A stretch of 32,286 nucleotides of DNA from a virus (taxonomy: Duplodnaviria; Heunggongvirae; Uroviricota; Caudoviricetes), in IMG/VR virus record IMGVR_UViG_3300024272_000027, one strand, 5' to 3'. Positions 8,151 through 17,000 of this stretch are shown piece after piece; position 1 is the stretch's first letter, and every line of letters starts with the position of its first letter. The translations under genes and the position numbers were made by a program. A model generated the notes under the pieces. It ran no database searches. It was given only the letters and a program-made list of their open reading frames with translations, and had not been told where the DNA came from.

Positions 8151-8867
8151 TTAAAACACCTCTTCACTTAGATTTGTAGTTACTCGAGGTTTCGCAGGAG
8201 CTTGTGGGATTCTATACGATACTTTATAATCTTTTTCATACGCATTTATTGCCCACTGTATATCACGATAAGCATTCATCGCTGCTATCTCAAGTATTTG
8301 TAACGCTAAATCAAGATTATGATTTGCGTAGTTATCGACAGTCTTTTGACCTACAGTCACTGATTTAGCGGACATCCACCCTTGTTTAGCGTACACTGCA
8401 TCAATCCAATCTTTATATGCCGATTTAAGCTCATCATTAGAAGTTTCAATCAAGGCCTTTAGATTGTCAACAATCGCCTCTGCCTTTGTTCTTTTCTTAG
8501 GCTTGGCAGCTTTCTTAATGATGTCTTCAAGTTTGCTCAATGCAACAGGTTCAGCAGATATCAATGCAGTTAAAACAGTCAAATCGAGCGTAAGACTATC
8601 CGGATTATCGTCACTAACCTTCAATACTCCCACACTCAAAAGTAACTCATCAATCTGTTTTTGTTCATCTTTGCTGAGTGTTGTGCGTTTTGTTATATAA
8701 TCTCTGCAAACCGTGAATGCATCTTCATTCAACTTATCTTTACGTACAGCTTTTTCATTTATATTAAGCAACTCACTAATATAAATAGCAGGATGCAGTC
8801 CGATTATTTCTGCTAGTTTTATATTGTAACTAACATAATTGTCCATACTAAGTAAATCAACTAACAT
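8151..8867 (-). CDS. Putative replication initiator / replisome organiser (N-terminal winged helix, DnaD-like C-terminus)
   Basis: N-terminus IGLHPAIYISEL...YITKRTTLSKDEQKQIDELLLSVGVL is typical of phage initiator wHTH domains. Upstream of the loader gene. Confidence 0.6.
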   Translation of the reverse strand: MLVDLLSMDNYVSYNIKLAEIIGLHPAIYISELLNINEKAVRKDKLNEDAFTVCRDYITKRTTLSKDEQKQIDELLLSVGVLKVSDDNPDSLTLDLTVLTALISAEPVALSKLEDIIKKAAKPKKRTKAEAIVDNLKALIETSNDELKSAYKDWIDAVYAKQGWMSAKSVTVGQKTVDNYANHNLDLALQILEIAAMNAYRDIQWAINAYEKDYKVSYRIPQAPAKPRVTTNLSEEVF

Positions 8868-8868
8868 T

Positions 8869-9648
8869 CTAATCCTCGTTTTTCAATAGGGTGCGTAACT
8901 TATAAACATAATTCTCAATAGATTGTTTTAATTTGTTATCACTCATATTATAGATATATGAAAATGATTTTTCAACTTGCTGAGGGTCTAACTCATAAGT
9001 TTCAGCGAAAGTTTTAAAATAATCTTTCGGTAAAGTCTTCACAGATTTCTTTACGGTCTGAATTAAACTGCGTGTATCCACACATTTTTCAAGCATCACA
9101 TCGTGTATTATCAAATCAATAATTAAAGCAAACAAATACTGTTGTTTGCTATAACATTGAAGCACAAGATAGCTGTAAGAATTTTCGGTAATACTTGTGG
9201 TTAACTCACGTGGTAGATAAGCGTCTTTAAACTCCTCTGAAAGGGCTTCAATACTACTTAAGTTATGGTTTATCTTTCGCTTTTGTCTATTTGATGCTTG
9301 AAACCAATTCGCACGACTACAATGTACACACGTATTTAAAACTTTTTCAACTGCTTTAGGGTCCTTATACACTGTACTAGTTTCGTCTTTCCACGGACAA
9401 GCCGTTATGGTGTACAGTAAAGCATCCATAAACCAGTCGTAAGCCTCTTTTTCGTCATACAATCCATAATCTTTGTATAACATCTTTTCAATTATGTTCC
9501 AATATCTGAGCACTAACGCTGCAAGATAAGCATCACTTTTCGGTCCTTGCTCAAGATATCCTTCAGCTAACTCAATCTGTGATAATTTCTTATGGTCAGG
9601 CAATACAGTTACAGCTTGTTGAAACACCTCTTTATATTGTTTTATCAA
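8869..9648 (-). CDS. Putative sigma-factor-like transcription regulator
   Basis: AALVLRYWNIIEKM...YDWFMDALL...W...VLNTCVHCSRANWFQASNRQKR...SIEAL follows sigma70 region 2 spacing; helical C-terminus. Pattern-level resemblance only. Confidence 0.4.
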   Translation of the reverse strand: MIKQYKEVFQQAVTVLPDHKKLSQIELAEGYLEQGPKSDAYLAALVLRYWNIIEKMLYKDYGLYDEKEAYDWFMDALLYTITACPWKDETSTVYKDPKAVEKVLNTCVHCSRANWFQASNRQKRKINHNLSSIEALSEEFKDAYLPRELTTSITENSYSYLVLQCYSKQQYLFALIIDLIIHDVMLEKCVDTRSLIQTVKKSVKTLPKDYFKTFAETYELDPQQVEKSFSYIYNMSDNKLKQSIENYVYKLRTLLKNED

Positions 9649-9670
9649 CTAATCACCGTTCTAATATGTA

Positions 9671-9697
9671 TTGATGATATTATAGTTTTATCATCAA
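9671..9697. repeat. 9-bp inverted repeat (candidate operator) over the predicted transcription start
   Basis: TTGATGATA (9671-9679), 9 nt, TATCATCAA (9689-9697); just downstream of the -10 at 9702-9707. Confidence 0.5.
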
Positions 9698-9701
9698 TTA
9701 T

Positions 9702-9734
9702 ATTATATATATAAATATAATATATTACAACTAA
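9702..9734 (-). promoter_or_regulatory. sigma70/sigmaA-type promoter for the sigma-like/initiator/loader/helicase/primase operon
   Basis: TTAG-TTGTAA (9725-9730), 17 nt, TATAAT (9702-9707). Confidence 0.75.
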
Positions 9735-9803
9735 ACAACTAAGATTCAGTTAACTTTCTTAATATTATTATAATTAGATTTGCTGTGCTTCCAACTTTCA
9801 AAC

Positions 9804-9835
9804 AAAAAAATAAACCAACTTACGTCGGTTTATTT
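9804..9835 (-). terminator. Rho-independent terminator after the SNF2 helicase
   Basis: Minus strand AAAUAAACCGAC-GUAA-GUUGGUUUAUUU plus U tract. GNRA tetraloop, one G-U pair. Overlaps the stop codon. Confidence 0.8.
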
Positions 9836-11503
9836 CAAATCTAATATCCATTGTTTTAATATTTCAATTGACTGTGCGTCAAGTTTATTATCAATTATGT
9901 AATCACCTATCGCTTCTTTACTTTCCACAATGTCGTGAACGCGTGTATCAAAAGTATCATTACAAATCAAGTTGTAGATAAAGACAGGTCGTTCACTACC
10001 AATACGATGTATTCTGTCACACGCCTGCTCATAAGCACCAGATGTCCACGGCTGGTCAATAAATATTGCGTAACTCGCAGCTGTTAAGGTGACTCCTGTG
10101 CCCATCTTCTGATGTGTACATAACATAACTTTGTTCATATCTGAGGTCTGGAACGCATCAATATTCTGAGAAATGATATCATCAGAAACATCGCCGTGAC
10201 ACACTAGGGGGTTATATTCCTGTAACCGTATGTAAAGTTCATTTAGCGTCTGCTTAAATGATGAGAAAACTACTACTTTGTTACCACTAGCTGTTATTTC
10301 CTCAATAAGTTCACAGCATCTATCCATCTTTGTTGAAGGGATATTCTCCGTTGTAAGAATCGACGGACACGCTGTTGCTTGTCGCAATCTAGCAATCATT
10401 GCTAATAGATTAGCAGTACTAATCTTAACCTTATCCACTTCATCAACAATACCATTAACAATGTTTGTATAGAATGTTGACTGTTTGTCATTCATATCAA
10501 GATATTCATCAATAATTGTTTTCGGTGGTAAGTCAAGTAAATCTTTCGTGCGACGTAGTGAACAACTATTCAACTGCTCTTTTAGAGAATCAATGTTCTT
10601 ATAGTGCTGAAATTCGTTACCGAAATATCCGCCATACTGGCAATACTGATATCTAAAGTTTGAAAAACAGGCGTTTTCTGCGCCTATCCACTTTAATGGA
10701 ACATAAGCATCAAGAGGGTTGTTTAACAATAAAGTACCTGTTAACCCAACTTTGAAAGTGGCTTCTTTTAACTTAAGTAAGTTCTTTCCTTGTTGTGAAG
10801 TGTTAGATTTACAAGTATGTATCTCATCAACTACTATCATATCGAACTTATTCTTGCCGTTTCTTAGCTGTGCAACGATTTTATCATCACGTAAGGTTTC
10901 GATATTAGTTATAACGAAAAACTCGTTTATCTTTGATTTCAGCTGAGCTAAGCGGTCACTAACACCACCGTAGTACACTTTACCTTTACGTGTTCTTTTT
11001 TCTCCGAGAATAGTACAAGACAGGTTAGAATGCTTTTGTATCTCTTTTTTCCAGTTTGTCTTCAGTGTGTTAATACCGCATACTATAAGACAATGTTCGA
11101 CATTATTTCTCTTCTTCAACTCTTGGGCAAGATAAATCAACTGTAAAGTTTTACCTAACCCTGGAGCATCCAACAGTAACCATTTGTTATGATTTAATCC
11201 GTACTGTATTCCTTCACGCTGGTAGTCATACGGAGTTGTTTTATACTTTTGCAACGGGTATTCAACGTCTACTGACTTCTTTACTATTTGTGGATAAAAT
11301 TCAATTTCGTCTATCTTATAAGCACTGTTAACAAACTTAGCTAACCTAGTTGCAGGTATTTCCCATATATTTGTTTTCTTGTTATAATCACAAGGGGTGC
11401 ATTCTTTTAATAATGCAACAATCTTGTCATTATAATCAAATGAAATAAACAAAGAGGATTGCCCCGGAATCCTCTTTGTTGTAAGTTCTTTTATTGTAAT
11501 CAT
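9830..11503 (-). CDS. SNF2-family (SF2) helicase/translocase with probable N-terminal HARP domain
   Basis: YDYQREG, DAPGLGKT, IVVDEIH, LTGTLLLN, RLRQ, KVVVFS, GTGVTL, QACDRIHRIG. N-terminal FISFDYNDKIVALLKE...YNKKTNIWEIP is HARP-like. Confidence 0.92.
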   Translation of the reverse strand: MITIKELTTKRIPGQSSLFISFDYNDKIVALLKECTPCDYNKKTNIWEIPATRLAKFVNSAYKIDEIEFYPQIVKKSVDVEYPLQKYKTTPYDYQREGIQYGLNHNKWLLLDAPGLGKTLQLIYLAQELKKRNNVEHCLIVCGINTLKTNWKKEIQKHSNLSCTILGEKRTRKGKVYYGGVSDRLAQLKSKINEFFVITNIETLRDDKIVAQLRNGKNKFDMIVVDEIHTCKSNTSQQGKNLLKLKEATFKVGLTGTLLLNNPLDAYVPLKWIGAENACFSNFRYQYCQYGGYFGNEFQHYKNIDSLKEQLNSCSLRRTKDLLDLPPKTIIDEYLDMNDKQSTFYTNIVNGIVDEVDKVKISTANLLAMIARLRQATACPSILTTENIPSTKMDRCCELIEEITASGNKVVVFSSFKQTLNELYIRLQEYNPLVCHGDVSDDIISQNIDAFQTSDMNKVMLCTHQKMGTGVTLTAASYAIFIDQPWTSGAYEQACDRIHRIGSERPVFIYNLICNDTFDTRVHDIVESKEAIGDYIIDNKLDAQSIEILKQWILDLK

Positions 11504-11505
11504 TA

Positions 11506-11811
11506 TTAGTTTTCCGCTAATTCAAATCGTGAACTTATCTTTGTGGTATAAGGAGTTGAAAAATCATTAAGTGTATCTTCGACAGCATCAAAGCTAACTG
11601 TTGCGGACACTTTAAACGGCTTTGAGCAGTTGTCACAACAGTAACTTTCTTTTAAATCCATATCGGACCCTAAGAAATCAATTATCTTGCCTTCGCTATC
11701 TCTTCGAATTACATCGGGAATACCGAAAAAAGCTTTCGGGATAAATATCTCTGCAGGCAAGTATTCTCTACCACAACTAGGACAAGTTATAACTGTTAAT
11801 TTTCTATTCAT
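11506..11811 (-). CDS. Small zinc-ribbon protein, unknown function
   Basis: CPSC and CDNC pairs; apparently co-transcribed with the SNF2 helicase. Confidence 0.6.
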   Translation of the reverse strand: MNRKLTVITCPSCGREYLPAEIFIPKAFFGIPDVIRRDSEGKIIDFLGSDMDLKESYCCDNCSKPFKVSATVSFDAVEDTLNDFSTPYTTKISSRFELAEN

Positions 11812-11861
11812 AATAACCTCAACACATTCTTAATTTATATATAAATATATACAATTATAAC

Positions 11862-12470
11862 TTAATGTTTACCGTCTATTATACGGATTGATTGGTCTAA
11901 ACTTGCACTAGATATTTTCTTAAATGAAGCATCGTTCAACTCAAATCTGTGTACATACCAGTTATCTGTTGAATTATATTTCAATTCGCAAGTACACAAA
12001 TCAATACAGTGCCACCCGTTTTCAACTGTCATAGCAGTAGCAGGATGTGTACTACTATTGTTCGTTTCATAGATATATAGACCTTTGTATTCGCCTTCTT
12101 CATCACCATAGAATATCTCTTGAGTGATGTCGTTCATACGCAAAGCAGCTGATAATTGAATAGTGGTTGACTCGGCTGCAGTATCAAGATTTGAGCATTT
12201 ATATAAGGTAGCACCAGATTTTATACTAAAATAATATCCGTATAAGTTAAAAACTAAATCTCCAACAAGTTTTAATTTAACAGTAGCGGAGTCTACAATT
12301 ACACAGCTAGCATCTGTGTCTGAGGAAATCAAGAACCCTTCTACATCAATTATCTGTCTAATAATATTAGCAACATTATTTTCGTAGAAAATACGTGAGC
12401 TTCTGTCACTAGGACGATTTTTAGCGAGGGGGAATACACTAATTTCTGTACCGTTGATATTATATGACAT
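11862..12470 (-). CDS. Hypothetical protein (last gene of the structural cluster)
   Basis: 202-aa ORF with GGAG RBS; beta-rich; no recognised motif. Confidence 0.55.
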   Translation of the reverse strand: MSYNINGTEISVFPLAKNRPSDRSSRIFYENNVANIIRQIIDVEGFLISSDTDASCVIVDSATVKLKLVGDLVFNLYGYYFSIKSGATLYKCSNLDTAAESTTIQLSAALRMNDITQEIFYGDEEGEYKGLYIYETNNSSTHPATAMTVENGWHCIDLCTCELKYNSTDNWYVHRFELNDASFKKISSASLDQSIRIIDGKH

Positions 12471-12481
12471 TATAACACTCC

Positions 12482-12985
12482 TTAATTAGTAAAAAGTAAT
12501 GACCACTCAATAATAGCATCAGTAGAAGCTGTTATTGCCGACCATAAGTCATTGATATCTTGTGTTTCTATGATAGCTAAAGGACGTTTCTTTTCATCCA
12601 GTATAACCATTCTGGGTGACGCTAACACAGGCAGCACTTGCTTATCTTCAAATGTAACTACAGCATTCAATAGCATTCTGCCATCAGTATCACCTGCATC
12701 TGCGGCAGGTCCATACACAATCCCAGTAAAAGGAATATGATTAGTAAGAGCTGTCACATATTCATCCTTTATTTCATCAAATGTTTGTATATCAAAATAT
12801 TTAGGAATCATTCCTGATATGTCATAACCTGCTAAAGCCCTTGTTATGACATCAAGAAGATGTTTTGTGCCTGTGTTATACATCTTCACTTTATACTTTT
12901 GATTATTAGTACGAAGTGTTACAGACACACATCCAGTATAAGTTATTTCATTTTTAACTTGTGCTGTGGAACTAGTATTAAACAT
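12482..12985 (-). CDS. Hypothetical virion/baseplate-associated protein
   Basis: ATG at 12985 (MFNTSS) with GAGGAG at 12993-12998 preferred to the ORF-track start at 13000. Follows the gpI-like gene. Confidence 0.5.
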   Translation of the reverse strand: MFNTSSTAQVKNEITYTGCVSVTLRTNNQKYKVKMYNTGTKHLLDVITRALAGYDISGMIPKYFDIQTFDEIKDEYVTALTNHIPFTGIVYGPAADAGDTDGRMLLNAVVTFEDKQVLPVLASPRMVILDEKKRPLAIIETQDINDLWSAITASTDAIIEWSLLFTN

Positions 12986-14075
12986 TATCGGTCTCCTCAC
13001 TTGTCAATACTTCAATAGCTTCGCCATTGACAGATTTTTTAATAGGATAAGTAGACTCATCATAATCATTTGTAGTAGGAAATTCTTCAATTGTACGATA
13101 CACTTTAGTGAGAGTAGTACTTACACCATTTATACTGTTAAGAGGTAGGCAAACTTTACTGTACTCATTCAACGTTTCTTTAGTATACCACTGATTAGCA
13201 CTTTCAAACTCAGCTGCTGATTCAAATAAAGTATAGTTACCACCATTATTCTTATAATAAAGATTATCGGCGTAAACTGGCTTAATCTCACTACTCTGAC
13301 CGTGGGCTATATAGTTATCGGAAGTGTTTGTACAGATATAGTATTCACCGTTGGGCCAGTTTACAGGCATCTCTGTAAGCAATACAAATTGTTCACCATT
13401 TTTACTGTAATAAGTATCTGCGGTAAATGTTAATTCATAAGGATATCTACTAGTGCTGTCATTAGGAGTTGTTACACGAACAGCTCTACTATCTGAAGTG
13501 TCCATAAAAATAATCTGCACAGTGTCACTAGACTTGATATGACTTACAGGCGTCATAGCTCTATAGAAACTATATTTCAGCTGATGCCCTGCTGGCAGTA
13601 CATATTTCAGTAACTCAGTTAGAAGTGTTGTATCCACCTGTCGTCCTTCAATAGCTATTTCTACAATGTAAGTATTACCACGGATGTCTTCATTTACGTA
13701 TTGCTCATATTGATAGTTATCCAATATGGTTATACGTGATTTATTTGAAGCATTAGCTATCTTGAGAAATACTTCAATTGCAGCTTGTATTCCTTTACGA
13801 GAGCCTTTGTCTTTTACTACGTATCTAAAAGCTTGCAATACCGCTCTTAACTCTTCCGTAGTCATAGACTGCTTAGTAAAAAATCCTAACTTAGTTTGTA
13901 GTAAAGGTAAAACATTATCTTTACATAAACGAGTATTTGCTATGTTAGTAATGCTGTCAATATCATACTTAACAGCACTATTAACAATATCAAAAGCATT
14001 ACACATAAGCTGAAAATCGCGTGATTTTCGTGGGTATACATCAGGCACATTTTCCTGTAATCTAAATATCGCCAT
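12978..14075 (-). CDS. Baseplate wedge protein, P2 gpI / T4 gp7-like N-terminus with Tyr-rich C-terminal extension
   Basis: LPLLQTKLGFF...LRAVLQAFRYVVKDKGSRKGIQAAIEVF is the tail_P2_I pattern; LLKYVLPAG. Start at ATG 14075 with AGGTGA RBS. Confidence 0.7.
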   Translation of the reverse strand: MAIFRLQENVPDVYPRKSRDFQLMCNAFDIVNSAVKYDIDSITNIANTRLCKDNVLPLLQTKLGFFTKQSMTTEELRAVLQAFRYVVKDKGSRKGIQAAIEVFLKIANASNKSRITILDNYQYEQYVNEDIRGNTYIVEIAIEGRQVDTTLLTELLKYVLPAGHQLKYSFYRAMTPVSHIKSSDTVQIIFMDTSDSRAVRVTTPNDSTSRYPYELTFTADTYYSKNGEQFVLLTEMPVNWPNGEYYICTNTSDNYIAHGQSSEIKPVYADNLYYKNNGGNYTLFESAAEFESANQWYTKETLNEYSKVCLPLNSINGVSTTLTKVYRTIEEFPTTNDYDESTYPIKKSVNGEAIEVLTSEETDNV

Positions 14076-14079
14076 TATA

Positions 14080-17000
14080 TCACCTATTATTAACAATCAT
14101 TATATATGAATCCTGAGCTGACCCTACGTTTAAATCAGCTTTACTTATAGTATAAGCGTTAGCAATATGATGTTCGTTAAAGAAGCTCTTACTGTTAAGT
14201 GGGTCTTCGATATACATTTCATCATTGCTGTCTATAGTAAATGCATAGTTATAAACGTCATCAATATCAAGACCTTGAACAGCGGTCAGAATATTTTCTG
14301 CACTGAAGTTATACTTACTAAAATCATTATAGGTAAATCGTGATAAGGAATCAAAAACGACAATGTCAGAATTTGTTGTTTCTGCAGTAGATGCATTTAA
14401 TGTTATAATACAACTGCATACATCTTCAACTGATGGTGTAGCAAACGTATAATACAACTTACCACCACAATTGCGTCTATTCAGCTTCGTTATAGCAATA
14501 GGAACTGAAGGGGTTCCTACTTGTGATAATGTGGCGGTTACGTTTATGGTAGTTGACATATTATCTAAACATAGCATATAGTTACTACTAGGTTTAAGAT
14601 TTAGCTGTAAAGACCCTACGCGTTGTCCAGCCTCTACTGCCATCTTACTGATATCACAAACCACCTTTTTATCTTCCAATCTAACAGCAAAGCACTCTGA
14701 GGCGGTTAATATAGATTCAGTGTAGAAGTATAGATTAACATCTTGTCTGTCAGCCAGTAAGTCCACATATGTAATATCAATATTATTGCCGCCAATTCGA
14801 TTAACACATACGTCACTTTGCATATATATATCGTCAATGTTGTCAGCATTTATCAATTGATTACTGTTATTAAATTCATATTGAGGGAAACATTCTATTT
14901 CGTCAACATCTTCGCGATGAACTGCAAGAAGCTGTACAGATTTATAGTCATCAGATAACGGCTCAATACATTGCGGAGCATCTGAAGAGCTATTGATATT
15001 TAGGGTAGCTCTAGCAGACCATCCATACTGCTCACTTTGAATATTTATGGAAGGCAGAGTAACAACTTCACCTGTTAAAGTTTTATAACTAACTTCAAAT
15101 TCGGCTCCTATATAAGTGTCTTCCCAAGACTTGAATACAGGAACGGGGTCTTCTGTATGTGTTGTATTACGTCTAATTTGAAGGGTGTTTCCTTTAACTA
15201 TGTTGTGTACTTGTTGTTCACGAGCATATAGTGTTTCAATATTACTTATAGACTTACAAGATTGGCTAAATGAACTTATACCTTCGGCCATTATTGTTTC
15301 ATACGGAATAGCAGGAACTGACAACATATATGTTCTTGATAACTGAGAATTGGTTGTAGTCTTGTCCTTACAATGTGCTGTTAGAGTAGCAGTGTCCCAC
15401 TGCACTGACACACCAATCATTGTACCGGGATGGAATATTTCATATTCTGTAAATGTTTTATTAGTTCTAACAAAGTATTCATCAGATTGTAATGTATATC
15501 TGTAATTACCTACTATAGATGTTCTGGTACCATCTAAAACTTTTTCAAACTCTGACAATTCTTGTTGAGATAGTAAGTTCATCTCGTAATTATTTTCATT
15601 GCTAATGGTGTTAGTTATCAAATAATAATTATTCTTACCATTATCCAACACTGTTTGTTTTAAGTCGCGTATCTCAATAGATTTTGTACCGGATAAGTCA
15701 AAATCGCCATACATTGCATATACTGCTTTGTATAAAGTGTCTCCAGGTAGTAGTACTCCTTCGTCATTTAATGAAGCAGGGTTTATAGGAGCGTCAGTTA
15801 AACTACATCCGTTTACCACAAATGACGGCTTAATTATAGGTGATTGAACAGTTGCAGTTGCGTCACTTGATGAAATACCAACATACTTCTTGTAATGATA
15901 TGGGGCGTCGTCTGCATCCTCAGTGCGCCAGAAAAATACAGCTACGTCTCCTACTTGTAGTTGGTAATCTCCATTAGCAGGTACTTGATACAATATCTGC
16001 TCTTTGTAAAGTATAATGTGGTCATCTTTCCAAGTTGTATGTATAATAGCATCAGTACCTACATACTCTGAGTTAGGTTCACTGCTGGTTCCCACAACAA
16101 TACGTTCTTTCTTATAACATACATTTAACCAAGAAGAAGGGCCTTGGAATAATCCGTATATGTAAGGATAAGCTGTAACTGAGTCAGCACCTATAGTTTC
16201 ATAGCATTTCTTATCCTTATTATATTCACATATAGGAAGATTATCAAAGTTAGTGTAAGTTACATTGTCTGCAATAAATACAGCACTAACATTATCCTCA
16301 GTCACCCAGTGATTAGCCGCTTTTAGGCTTGTATCAACAACTTCAGAAGCACTTCTAACTGTATTTGCTTGTTCCTTACCTGGTTTAATAGACACTTCAG
16401 GAGCTTGACACTGCATTTGATAGTGAGGCGCTTTATTTAGAGGGGACCACGAAGGCTTTTGCACAGTACTAACAGGCATAGCAACTTTGCCGAAGGACCA
16501 GAAAGGACTCTGCACTTCATATTTATACGTGTTTGAACTCTCAGGGTCAACGTTATTGAAAGTGGTCTGTAATTGTGTGCTCAAGAATTTCTTATAATCA
16601 GTATTTACATTAGCTACTATCCAGTTAAATATCTGTGTGTCAGTTAAGGCATCAGTATCTTGACCGTTAGCATCTGTGAAGGCCCTCCACCATTCCTTGT
16701 TATTTCGTAGCCAAGTAATGATGTTTTGTCTTAATATCGCTCTAGTAAGAATATTTTGACGTGTGTCAATAACAGCTGTCGTTACTGTGTAATAGGGTAG
16801 ATACTCTTTACTACCCTCAGCACTTTCATAAGTTTGTCCAGAAAGACCTAGAGTACAAATAGAACTATTCTTTGAAATTAGATATTTATTAGTTCCTACA
16901 TTATATAAAGTCCATTTATCAGGAACGGGTGTAAACCACTTCGTTGCACTGTTTAAAGCATCATTACTGTCAAATGGACAAAACTTTTTACTTGATTCGT

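Noticed and set aside
8151-8867. Iterons inside the initiator gene (lambda O-type origin)
   Set aside because: No clear direct or inverted repeat series found by eye.
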